From: Bacilli bacterium
GTDB lineage: Bacteria > Bacillota_I > Bacilli_A > RFN20 > CAG-826
Assembly (NCBI GenBank): GCA_045628045.1
Contig: JAZQOV010000009.1
Span: 1 to 49,788 of the forward strand
DNA length: 49,788 bases
Direction of reading: 5' to 3'
The first letter of the stretch is position 1; each line of letters opens with the position of its first letter. The notes beneath the pieces are model-generated. The model was not told the origin of the DNA. It did no database searches and saw only the letters and a program-made list of their open reading frames with translations. The translations under genes were made by a program, and so were the position numbers. Positions 1 through 9,071 of this stretch are shown here, one piece after another.

Positions 1-92
1 CAGTGTCTGCTAATACCAGCAGGCGCAAAATCTCGTCTTCCTTCTTTATACTTGAGAACACAATCAAGTTTAAATTTCGAATCGTATTTCAT
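1..92 (-). CDS. IS3 transposase OrfA, N-terminal fragment (partial)
   Basis: ATG at 92 translates MKYDSKFKLDCVLKYKEGRRDFAPAGISRH, a typical OrfA HTH start (KY..FKL..V..Y..G); runs off the window. Confidence 0.7.
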   Translation of the reverse strand, partial: MKYDSKFKLDCVLKYKEGRRDFAPAGISRH

Positions 93-141
93 GAAAAATA
101 CCCCTTTTCCTAGTTTTGTCCAGGATTAGGGGTACATTTCA
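1..141 (-). mobile_element. IS3-family (IS150/IS861-like) insertion sequence, left end, truncated by the window edge
   Basis: Minus strand reads TGAAATGTACCCCTAATCCTGGACA from 141, resembling IS3-family terminal inverted repeats (TG start, ...ACCCC...GACA). It is followed by an AAGGGG RBS and an OrfA-like ORF. Confidence 0.75.
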
Positions 142-185
142 CAGTGATGATGTGTGAGCTCTAATTTTTTTATAACAACTTAAGA

Positions 186-1529
186 TTATTTAATAATGTC
201 AGCTGCTAAGAATGGAACAATTGTGAATTCTCCGCCGCTACCATCTGTCTTAACAAGTGTCTTTTCAACACCGTTATTGAAACGGTATGAACCTTTAATT
301 GTTACAGTGTCACCGACTTTATAAACTGCGTTGAGTGCGTTTTTAACAGTTGAAGTATTCTTATCTGTGTGGTAGTCGTATGCGATTGTAACTTTGTGTT
401 CGCCAACTGTCATTTCAAATGTGAAACGTCCATTGCTACCTGCAACCTTTTCACCAGTAATTGTACCAGTAACAGCAACAAGTTGGTTGTGTTCAACTGC
501 TGTGGTGAATTGTTTGTATAATCCATCGCTTCCTTTTAATGCAGCAAGTTTTTCTGCAGTAAGGTTATTGTAATTTCCTGATGGTTCTGTGACTAATGAT
601 TTATCACATGCCTTAATGGAAATGATATATTCCATTTGGAAGTTACCATAATAATGGTATAAAGAACCTTTGATTGTGACGTATTTGTTCTTTAATTCTG
701 GATATTTTGTTTCGTTAAGATCAAGTTTGCTACCAGAATAGATTTCAAGAACGTGTTCGCCATTTGCAAATAATCCCCAGTTGCCATCTTCTGATAAGAA
801 GATAATCTTACCTGAGATTTCACAATAAATGTAGTTGTCATCTGAATCTGCAGCACGTCCAGTGTTCCACCATGGTTGATAACCTTTGGTGTTTTTGTAT
901 TCATAGTCAACTAAATCGTTGTATGAAGGATAAGTATATGTTGTGCCATCAACAGTGACTTGTTTTTCGCTATCGTGGTTTGCATAAACCTCTGCCATTG
1001 TCATTGGAATGTATTCTTTTGTGGCAGCAAGAATCTTTGCTGTGTAGTTTGAATTACATTTTGTGGAAACTGCACCACCACAAACGATTTTTGAAATGCT
1101 CCATGAGAATGTGCCATCTGGTTGGCCAACACCTGGGTAGTTGAATGTGACCATATCAGTTGTTGCATCCATTGCAAGAACCTTGCCGAATGTTGCTTGA
1201 GTTTGGTCAATATTCCAGGTAATTTCGACTGTGTAGCTATCAACAACGACTTTCTTAGAAAGTCTGATGTAGTCTTCGTCATCAGCATTCATTCTGATTC
1301 CAGTTGAATCTGGCCATAAGTCTGAACCGCCTCTATTAACACAAATTGATTTGTAGTTAACAGCTTCTAAAATAGCAGTTTTTTCTCCATCAGTTCCACC
1401 TGTAATTTCTGGAACGACATCGTATTCATCATCGGTTGGAGTATCTTCTACTGGTTTCTTATTAAAGAAATCACAAGATGATAATGCAAAGAGTGAAACG
1501 AGTGGTAAGAATAATAATCCTTTTTTCAT
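186..1529 (-). CDS. Lipoprotein with two probable C-terminal OB-fold domains
   Basis: Lipobox LSSC after MKK plus a hydrophobic stretch; AGGAG RBS; OB-like patterns EISGKI...YVTIKGSLYHYYG and VAVTGTI...KVGDTVTIKG; last gene of the ABC operon. Confidence 0.65.
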   Translation of the reverse strand: MKKGLLFLPLVSLFALSSCDFFNKKPVEDTPTDDEYDVVPEITGGTDGEKTAILEAVNYKSICVNRGGSDLWPDSTGIRMNADDEDYIRLSKKVVVDSYTVEITWNIDQTQATFGKVLAMDATTDMVTFNYPGVGQPDGTFSWSISKIVCGGAVSTKCNSNYTAKILAATKEYIPMTMAEVYANHDSEKQVTVDGTTYTYPSYNDLVDYEYKNTKGYQPWWNTGRAADSDDNYIYCEISGKIIFLSEDGNWGLFANGEHVLEIYSGSKLDLNETKYPELKNKYVTIKGSLYHYYGNFQMEYIISIKACDKSLVTEPSGNYNNLTAEKLAALKGSDGLYKQFTTAVEHNQLVAVTGTITGEKVAGSNGRFTFEMTVGEHKVTIAYDYHTDKNTSTVKNALNAVYKVGDTVTIKGSYRFNNGVEKTLVKTDGSGGEFTIVPFLAADIIK

Positions 1530-1549
1530 TTTTTTCTCCTTTTAAAGAA

Positions 1550-3157
1550 TTAATTAATTTTTAATTTAGTGTCAACTCTGATGTTGGTGTTACCAGAAAT
1601 TTCTGATTTGCTTAAATAGAATTTAAGAACACTCTTATAATCGTCATCAGAAGCTGGAGTTCCGTTATTGTCTGGGCAGTTGATGAATGTATCACCTAAA
1701 ATACCTTTGACGAGTTGTCTAATAACAGAAGAACCGATAAATGCATCATCAACGAAACGATGCCATTTTTCAGCTTCACTAAATTTGTTGTTAACGTCTC
1801 TATATTCATATTGGTTAATTTGAGCACCTTCACGATATGCAACTACTGTTGGATCGCTATAGTCAGTGCCCTTTAAGAATGCATCATATTCTTCAGAGTC
1901 AGCTGCAGAGTTAGATGCTGGGAAATAACCAGTTTGAAGAGCCCATTCGGTTTGGAACTTACCTGTGGTAAGACCTTTAATAACTTCAAATGCTTTTGCT
2001 TTGTCTGCTTTATTTGTCATACAAATATTAGCACCTTGAGCAATAACATATTTATGTTCAGCGTCTTTGAATGGAATTGTTGTAATAGAGAATCTATTAT
2101 TCCATGAACCAGTGTTGTAGCTTAATCCACCAGTTGAACAGACCATGAACATACATCTTCCTGATGCAAATGCATCAGAACCATATGAACCACCAAGTGT
2201 AGCAGGAGTTGCAAAGATGTTGTTGATGTACATACGGTTGAATGTTTTAAGCATATCAACTGTCTTATCAATATTGTCTTCACTTGCGAACTTGATTGTA
2301 CCTTGTCTTCTAAGTGGGCTTTCTGTAATTTGGTCTTCTTCAAGTTTTGTGTATTCAGCACCCCATTGTCTAACTAAGGTAATGAATGCGTTATCACATG
2401 AATCCCATGTCATAAGTCTTGATTGAGCGACCATTGAAGCATCGAATTTTGAATAATCAAGTAATGCTTTTTTGCCCGCTTCAGAAGAATTTGAAGATAA
2501 CACAAAGTCATGTGCGTGTCCGTCTTCTTCTTGAACACCAAAGAGTGTTTTCTTTGAGTTAATAAGATCGGTGAATGTTGTTAAGTACTTTTGTACTTTT
2601 GATTCTGGATCTGTTGAACCCCATTCTGCCCATGTTTGTGGGAGATTCTTCAAGTCTTCATCATCATATTTTTCTGCAACATAATCGACAAAAACACCAT
2701 TGTAACCAAGGACTTCTGTTGATTTGTTAAATGGAAGACCATAAAGACGTTTTTCACCAGTTTTTTCATAAAGATAGTTTTCTGGCATGTAGTCTTTATC
2801 GTAATCATCAAGTAATTCGCCAGTTACGAGATCGTCTAATGGAACAAGAATCTTTGATCCTTGATATTTTGCGAAGTGGTCTGGATAACCAACAGCGATA
2901 TCAGGATAGGTCTTATTTGCAGTACTTCCAACGATAGCATCATAGATGTTATCGTAACTTCCTTTTGAAACGTGGTCAATTTTAATACCAAGTTCTTCAC
3001 CCATTTCGGCAGTAATTGTATCGAGGAGGCCTCTATACTTTGCACCGAATGATGACCAGAAAGTGACGTCAGCATTAGACTTTGGTCCACAAGATGTTAA
3101 TGAAGTTGCAGCAACTGTAAGTAATGCACCGAGTAGACTTTTCTTAAGTTTAATCAT
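1550..3157 (-). CDS. ABC transporter solute-binding lipoprotein (CUT1/UgpB-like, Mollicute P80-like)
   Basis: Lipobox LTSC; motifs VTFWSSFG, PDIAVGYPD, YGLPFNKSTE, QGANI, WALQTGYFP. Confidence 0.85.
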   Translation of the reverse strand: MIKLKKSLLGALLTVAATSLTSCGPKSNADVTFWSSFGAKYRGLLDTITAEMGEELGIKIDHVSKGSYDNIYDAIVGSTANKTYPDIAVGYPDHFAKYQGSKILVPLDDLVTGELLDDYDKDYMPENYLYEKTGEKRLYGLPFNKSTEVLGYNGVFVDYVAEKYDDEDLKNLPQTWAEWGSTDPESKVQKYLTTFTDLINSKKTLFGVQEEDGHAHDFVLSSNSSEAGKKALLDYSKFDASMVAQSRLMTWDSCDNAFITLVRQWGAEYTKLEEDQITESPLRRQGTIKFASEDNIDKTVDMLKTFNRMYINNIFATPATLGGSYGSDAFASGRCMFMVCSTGGLSYNTGSWNNRFSITTIPFKDAEHKYVIAQGANICMTNKADKAKAFEVIKGLTTGKFQTEWALQTGYFPASNSAADSEEYDAFLKGTDYSDPTVVAYREGAQINQYEYRDVNNKFSEAEKWHRFVDDAFIGSSVIRQLVKGILGDTFINCPDNNGTPASDDDYKSVLKFYLSKSEISGNTNIRVDTKLKIN

Positions 3158-3203
3158 ATAAGTTTCCTTTCTTTTTTATAATAACATATCTGATGATATG
3201 AAA

Positions 3204-4139
3204 TTATCCTTTAATTCCAGAACGTGATACACCTTTCATGATGTATTTTCTGAAACAAATGAATACGATGAATAATGGGGTTGAGACAATCATAGATCCA
3301 GCGATCTTGACAGCTTCTCTATTACTCAAGTTCTCTTTAGAGAACAAATCACGTAAACCATTAGAAACAAGCATCATTGAGTGATCTGTTTGAACTCCGA
3401 ATGGTGTCCAGTTGCCATCAGCAACGAGGTTTGGCCAAACGTAAGAGTTCCAAGCACCCATCATAGAAAGAATAATGATTGTAGTGATTGTTGGCATTGC
3501 GATTGGAACCATAACTCTAAGTAAGTATCCAATATCACCAACGCCATCTACCTTAGCAGCTAAATATAATTCGTTAGGAATTTGTTGGAATGTTTGTCTT
3601 AAATAGAAGACATAGAATACGCTAACGCCATGGACTAAAATAAGTGCCGCGAACGTATTGTTCCACCCAATAGATTCAACCGTAAGTTTATTTGTAATAA
3701 CCATCATTTCGCCTGGGATCATCATGGTTGCAAGTAAGATAGCAAATAATGCTTCTTTTCCCTTGAATTCAAGACGAGCAAATGCGAAACCGGCAAGTAC
3801 TGCAGTAACAACAGTTACTGTTGTAGAACCAATGGCAACAATGAATGTGTTAATAAAGAACGTTCCAAAGTTGACATTTTTATCTAAAACTTGTCGATAG
3901 TTATCAATACCCCAGTTTTCCTTAGTAAATCCTAAGAATTGGAAGTTGCCGCTTTGGCTGAATAAGCTAAAGCTTTCGTAATTAATAAATGATCCAATAA
4001 CCATCATTACGAAAGGAGCTAATAAGAATAAAGCGAATAATGTTAAGAAGAAATAAACAAACACTTTAGAAATAATTTGTTTAGTCATATAAGCTTTACG
4101 GGCTTTTTCATCCGCAAAGTACATTGCATGTTCTGCCAT
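3204..4139 (-). CDS. Carbohydrate ABC transporter permease (MalG/UgpE-like)
   Basis: Six TM segments; AGFAFARLEF and EAA loop IPNELYLAAKVDG. Confidence 0.92.
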   Translation of the reverse strand: MAEHAMYFADEKARKAYMTKQIISKVFVYFFLTLFALFLLAPFVMMVIGSFINYESFSLFSQSGNFQFLGFTKENWGIDNYRQVLDKNVNFGTFFINTFIVAIGSTTVTVVTAVLAGFAFARLEFKGKEALFAILLATMMIPGEMMVITNKLTVESIGWNNTFAALILVHGVSVFYVFYLRQTFQQIPNELYLAAKVDGVGDIGYLLRVMVPIAMPTITTIIILSMMGAWNSYVWPNLVADGNWTPFGVQTDHSMMLVSNGLRDLFSKENLSNREAVKIAGSMIVSTPLFIVFICFRKYIMKGVSRSGIKG

Positions 4140-4156
4140 ATTTTTTGCCTCCTTTC

Positions 4157-5266
4157 CTAGTAATGGACTCTCTTCTTGCTAACTGCAAATTGAAGAGCCG
4201 TAATCACCATAATGATTCCAAGAAGGACTAAAGAAGCTGCTGAAGCAACACCAGTTTGGTCTGGGTTACCGTCGAAGCTCTTATAAATCCAACCAACGAC
4301 TGGAATCCATTCATTACCATCACGTCCACCGAAGGCGTAAGCAATGTTGCCTTCTTCGGAACCGACTTCTTGATATAAGGCGTTAACGCCTGTATACATT
4401 TTAAACGCGCCAATAAACGACGTGATCGTAATATAAAGAATTTGTGGAGAAAGAAGTGGTAATGTAATTCTTCTCCAGATTGTAAAGTTACTTGCTCCAT
4501 CGATCTTAGCAGCATTGTAATATTGACTATCAATTGTTGCTAAACCTGCCATGAAGACAAGAATCTTAAATGCGATACCATTCCATAATGCGTATAAAAC
4601 AATAACAACGCCTTGGTGGAAACGTGTAGCACCCTTTTCTGCAACTTGGGATGGAGAATTTGGGAATGGTGTCTTAGACAACCAGTTAATTGGGTCTCCC
4701 CCAAATTTTTGAATAAGAATGTTGATTAATCCACCTGGGGTTTTAGAGAAAACAATGTTAAACACTAAACCTAAAGCGATTGTATTTGTGACATATGGAA
4801 GGAAGAAAATAGTTTGGTAAAAGCCTTTTAATACCTTAATAGAATTAAGGAAGGTGGCTATTAGGAGCGAAACCATGATTGTTAAAGGAACTTCAACAAT
4901 GGTCAAGATTGCTGTATTCTTAATTGATTTTAAGAATGTTTCGTTTGGTGCGAATAATCTTGAGAAGTTTGATAAACCGAAAACAACAGGGATTTCACCA
5001 TCTTTAACACCTTCTACGAATTGTGACAACGCAAAGCTACCTGCACCTGCTGTGTAATGGTAGTTTTGAACGAAGGCACTGAAGAAAGTATTAATGATTG
5101 GGTAAATCATAAAGAGTGTTAAGAAAATTAAAGCTGGAAGTAAGACTAACCAAGCAACACCCCACTGTGGGAGTTGGATGACTCTACGCTTAGAGATTAA
5201 TTTTTCTTTAAGAGCTCTTTCGTTATTCACTCCGTTTCCTTTCATAATCATTTCATTCTTAGCCAT
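4157..5266 (-). CDS. Carbohydrate ABC transporter permease (MalF/UgpA-like)
   Basis: LLPAL..YP, FFLPYVT and EAA loop YYNAAKIDGAS; start taken at ATG 5266 (TTG 5278 is also possible). Confidence 0.9.
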   Translation of the reverse strand: MAKNEMIMKGNGVNNERALKEKLISKRRVIQLPQWGVAWLVLLPALIFLTLFMIYPIINTFFSAFVQNYHYTAGAGSFALSQFVEGVKDGEIPVVFGLSNFSRLFAPNETFLKSIKNTAILTIVEVPLTIMVSLLIATFLNSIKVLKGFYQTIFFLPYVTNTIALGLVFNIVFSKTPGGLINILIQKFGGDPINWLSKTPFPNSPSQVAEKGATRFHQGVVIVLYALWNGIAFKILVFMAGLATIDSQYYNAAKIDGASNFTIWRRITLPLLSPQILYITITSFIGAFKMYTGVNALYQEVGSEEGNIAYAFGGRDGNEWIPVVGWIYKSFDGNPDQTGVASAASLVLLGIIMVITALQFAVSKKRVHY

Positions 5267-5288
5267 AAAAATATTCAATAACTAACAG

Positions 5289-6731
5289 TTATTTAATCCT
5301 TTCTCCGGTCTCTTCGAATACGTAGAGACGTTTGGCCTTAAATGAAATTTCTTTCTTACCAAGAATCTTATTTCTAAGTTCACTTGGAATAATTGCCTTA
5401 ATATGATTCTTTTGATCTTTTACATAACCGTTGACAGTGATATCTCTACCAATATGTTCAACAGTTGATACAGTTACAGGGATAATTCCACCAGTTTGAG
5501 CATATTCAAAGCTTTCTGGACGAACAGCAACTTTAACTGCACGAGCTTTGCCTTTGTATGCTTTATCAGAATCAATGGCTTTGCCATTAAGCAATAACTT
5601 TCCGTCTTTAATCTCACCATCAAATACATTAATTGCTGGTGAGCCTAAGAATTTGGCAACGAAAAGGTTTGCTGGTTCATCATAAACCTTTTGAGGTTCA
5701 TCAATTTGTTGAATAACACCGAGTTTCATAACAACGATGAAATCTGAAATTGACATAGCTTCTTCTTGGTCGTGAGTAACGAAAACTGTTGTAATACCAG
5801 TTTCACGTTGAATACGTTTGATTTCTTCACGTGTTTGAAGTCTTAAACGAGCATCAAGGTTTGATAATGGTTCATCCAAAAGAAGAACTTTTGGGCGTTT
5901 TGCTAAAGCACGAGCAATAGCAACACGTTGTTGTTGACCGCCTGATAACTCTTTTGGTTTACGATCGAGATATTGGTCGATATCAACGACTTTAGCCATT
6001 TCAAGAGCAATAGCATCTTTATCAGCTTTTGATAATTTTGTACGAGCCTTGATTCTTGCAGCTTCTGGATCATCAAGTTCAAGTTTTCTAAATTTAACTT
6101 TTGCTTCAATGAGATCTTTTTCTGCTTGCTCAATGTCTTTGCCGACTGCAATTAAATGCTTTTCGGTAGACTTTAAGTGTGTCTTTTGAAGTTCAAGACT
6201 TGCACTAAGTGCTTTGACTTTTTCACCTATACGTTCTTCAATCTCTTTATCATTTCCGGCTTTAGCAATTTTTGCTTTAAGCTTTTCAATGTCTTTTTCA
6301 AGACGTGAGATAAGTGCTTTAGTCTCCTTAATGTCTTTCTTTGTGGTCTTCTCATCAGCTTTCACGTCAAAAACGCGGTTCTTTTCTTCACCGAAAGCAC
6401 CGGTAAAGCGAACATTGTCTAATGGGAATTCAATGTTTTGTCTTACTGAGAGGTGTGGATAAAGAGCATAGTTTTGGAAAACTAAGCCAATTCCTCTATT
6501 CTCAGGAGGGACATTTGTAACGTCTTCATCACCAAACCATATGTGACCATCAGTTGGTTTGTGTAATCCGGCAATCATGTAAAGGGTTGTTGATTTACCA
6601 CATCCGGATGGGCCTAAAAGACCGACGAGTTTACCGTCAGGTATTGTAAAGCTCATTTTATTTACAGCTGTAGTTTCGACACCTTTTTTGCCGACGAAGG
6701 TTTTAGTAAGATTTTCTATTCTTACATCCAT
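5289..6731 (-). CDS. ABC transporter ATP-binding protein (MalK/MsmX-like) with a ~125-aa charged insertion
   Basis: Walker A GPSGCGKS, Q-loop FQNYALYPH, LSGGQ, Walker B LLLDEP, VTHDQ, C-terminal TOBE-like region; GGAGG RBS. Confidence 0.93.
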   Translation of the reverse strand: MDVRIENLTKTFVGKKGVETTAVNKMSFTIPDGKLVGLLGPSGCGKSTTLYMIAGLHKPTDGHIWFGDEDVTNVPPENRGIGLVFQNYALYPHLSVRQNIEFPLDNVRFTGAFGEEKNRVFDVKADEKTTKKDIKETKALISRLEKDIEKLKAKIAKAGNDKEIEERIGEKVKALSASLELQKTHLKSTEKHLIAVGKDIEQAEKDLIEAKVKFRKLELDDPEAARIKARTKLSKADKDAIALEMAKVVDIDQYLDRKPKELSGGQQQRVAIARALAKRPKVLLLDEPLSNLDARLRLQTREEIKRIQRETGITTVFVTHDQEEAMSISDFIVVMKLGVIQQIDEPQKVYDEPANLFVAKFLGSPAINVFDGEIKDGKLLLNGKAIDSDKAYKGKARAVKVAVRPESFEYAQTGGIIPVTVSTVEHIGRDITVNGYVKDQKNHIKAIIPSELRNKILGKKEISFKAKRLYVFEETGERIK

Positions 6732-6806
6732 CTCTTTTGCCTCCTATGGTGTAACTGTAGCTTAACTACATTTAAAGTTTACCACAATTATATTTAATTG
6801 ACTATA

Positions 6807-6835
6807 GAAAAAGAAAAAGACCCTAATAAATTAGG
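6807..6835 (-). terminator. Possible weak intrinsic terminator after the RDD pair
   Basis: Short hairpin CCTAAT-tt-ATTAGG followed by TCTTTTTCTTTTT on the minus strand. Confidence 0.4.
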
Positions 6836-6865
6836 AATCCTCCCCGAAACTTCTATAATTTTTGC

Positions 6866-7951
6866 TTATTTTTTACTCTTTTTTGACTTTAGGAAATCTT
6901 TTTTAACTTCCTCATCAACAATTTGATCGCCCACTTGAATGACGTGCTTATTGTCTGGTTTAAATTTTGAATATTTCTTCATTTGTTCGTTAACTTGTTT
7001 TTCTTTTTCTTGTTCAATTTCTGGAGTGTCAAACCACACTGATTTGGCGACATCAATCACGTAAGTAAATGCGAGTAAATCAGCAAGAGATCTATTCTCT
7101 TTGCTTATAGCAATTAAGATAAGATAAATTGCGATTGCGGCTGCGAGTGTCGCGAAAGAAGTAAGCCCAACACCGATGACAAAAGTGCTGAATAAAATGC
7201 ACACAAAAATGAACAATTGTCGAGCAACAATCTGTCTTTTTTTAACAGAATAGCCATCATTAGAAATGATGCCAATTCGCATGACTTTTTTGCCAAATGT
7301 CTCACCATTTTTATAAAGAAGCGGGACTAAAATATAGAAACCACCAACAGCTAATAAAAATGATGGGGCAATCATAAAAATCTCAATCCTTTTAATTTTA
7401 TTATTATAAGGATTTATGTACTTCATAAAATCTGTTAATGCTATTGCAGATGCTTCATGACATTTATCGATTGTGTCTAATTCTTTAAAGTTTTCGTTAA
7501 ACCATGTTTCTGTGTAATAGTCTTTTGGAAGTACTTTTGTCCCGTCTTCTAAAACAATTTCTTTATCATAATCGTTAGCACACAATTCGCCTTCCGCTAC
7601 ATTGCCTGTTTTATAATTAAGATAATAGTAAGAAATTCTAGTGGTAAAGACTTCTTTAAAATCCCTTGTTCCTAATACTTCATTATTTTTCAAAACATCA
7701 GTTTCAGTTAGGTTATAAATTGGAGTGTTATAAGCCTTGTTTTCATCTAACTTCACATATAGATGTGAAGAAAGTTGAACATTAGAGGCTTCTACATTGA
7801 GTTCTTTATAGTTAAATGCTTTTCTTGCGATAGGTGAAAAAACGAGTTCTAAGAATGCGAAAAAAGCAAAAAGAGTGACTGCTAAATCCATGACTAAAGC
7901 CACTATTCTTTTAAGCAAAAAAGCCTTCTTAATATCTCGTAATTTTGTCAT
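6866..7951 (-). CDS. RDD family membrane protein with a large extracytoplasmic loop
   Basis: KRIVALVMD, GETFGKKVMRI, RSLADLLAFTYVI; ~150-aa hydrophilic insert after TM1. Confidence 0.85.
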   Translation of the reverse strand: MTKLRDIKKAFLLKRIVALVMDLAVTLFAFFAFLELVFSPIARKAFNYKELNVEASNVQLSSHLYVKLDENKAYNTPIYNLTETDVLKNNEVLGTRDFKEVFTTRISYYYLNYKTGNVAEGELCANDYDKEIVLEDGTKVLPKDYYTETWFNENFKELDTIDKCHEASAIALTDFMKYINPYNNKIKRIEIFMIAPSFLLAVGGFYILVPLLYKNGETFGKKVMRIGIISNDGYSVKKRQIVARQLFIFVCILFSTFVIGVGLTSFATLAAAIAIYLILIAISKENRSLADLLAFTYVIDVAKSVWFDTPEIEQEKEKQVNEQMKKYSKFKPDNKHVIQVGDQIVDEEVKKDFLKSKKSKK

Positions 7952-8989
7952 TTAGAATTCCTCTTTTTCCTCAAGCTCAATGCCATCTTCTTTACGAGTG
8001 TATTCTTCCTCTTCAGCGTAGTTTTCAAAAAGGATTGAGGTTCTTGCGTTTACCACTATTGTTTTGGCGGTAAAATCGTGCAGTGCTGAACGCTTTGGAG
8101 AAGCCATTGTAAGCGCAAAAGAAACAAGAACAATGGTTAATGGAACAATCACTAAAATTGCAACGTTATTCCAAATTGGAATAAGGAATGACAATAAAAC
8201 CACTACTGTTGGCATTATTCTCATAAATAAGTGTTTGTTTTTAAATTTATAACCATCGCTATCCGCAAGACAAAGTCCAAATACCTTTTTACCAACAGTA
8301 ACGCCATTTTTAAATATTAAAGGAAAAACAATGTAAGTAATTCCAACAGCTACTAAACCTGCTAAAACTTCTTCAACTGAATTAGCGAACTGATAATCAT
8401 TTGTCATCTTCCTTATAGAAGAGATACGCATAAAATCGTAATTTGCTTTGTCTGTAATCGCGTGCTTTAAATATGAAGTAACGTAAGTCATCTTATCGCC
8501 TTCTAAATATTCAGCTTTTATATTTGCTATCTTAGTAGCAATTTCTTCTTCACTAATTTCAAAATAATTTTGTCCAGAGCCATCGACATCTAAAATTTCT
8601 TTATTAAACCATTCAATAGTGAAATATTCGCTTTTCGTAAATTCATTACCATTAACAATAACTTTTTCTTCTGGATCAATATTAGGTAAATAAGTGCCAT
8701 AAAAATACCACAAACGATCTTTAATCTCATTATTATCACTTATAGTGATAGTGCAAAAATCGATAGCACCACTTTCTTTCTCAATAAATAACTGTGAAGC
8801 GATTCTTTCTTCTTTTAATGAAGCTCTTAAAGAATCCGTTTTATTTTTTAAAATAAATTGGAATGCTCCAAAGAAGAAAGCGAGCGAAAGTGCAAAAGCA
8901 ATTGCAAGGTCAATGAAAAAGGCTCCGATACGTGCGCCTTGGCCTGCAAGGTTCGTGTGTCTAGGTAAAGTATATTTACGCTCTTTCAT
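7952..8989 (-). CDS. RDD family membrane protein with a large extracytoplasmic loop
   Basis: RIGAFFID, GVTVGKKVFGL, SALHDFTAKTIVV; start placed at MKERKY (8989), 6 nt after a CATAAT -10. Confidence 0.85.
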   Translation of the reverse strand: MKERKYTLPRHTNLAGQGARIGAFFIDLAIAFALSLAFFFGAFQFILKNKTDSLRASLKEERIASQLFIEKESGAIDFCTITISDNNEIKDRLWYFYGTYLPNIDPEEKVIVNGNEFTKSEYFTIEWFNKEILDVDGSGQNYFEISEEEIATKIANIKAEYLEGDKMTYVTSYLKHAITDKANYDFMRISSIRKMTNDYQFANSVEEVLAGLVAVGITYIVFPLIFKNGVTVGKKVFGLCLADSDGYKFKNKHLFMRIMPTVVVLLSFLIPIWNNVAILVIVPLTIVLVSFALTMASPKRSALHDFTAKTIVVNARTSILFENYAEEEEYTRKEDGIELEEKEEF

Positions 8990-9026
8990 AATTATATTAT
9001 GACTTAGATAAATAAAATAAACAAAC

Positions 9027-9051
9027 AAAAAAGACCTCCGAAGAGGTCTTT
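9027..9051 (-). terminator. Intrinsic terminator of the rpsL-tuf operon
   Basis: AAAGACCTC-TTCG-GAGGTCTTT hairpin with a UUCG tetraloop and a T tract. Confidence 0.9.
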
Positions 9052-9071
9052 AATTTGTTAAATAATATAAA

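Noticed and set aside
6756-6770. TGTAG-cttaa-CTACA inverted repeat upstream of the first ABC ATPase
   Set aside because: The arms are only 5 bp and no regulator is adjacent; too weak to call an operator.
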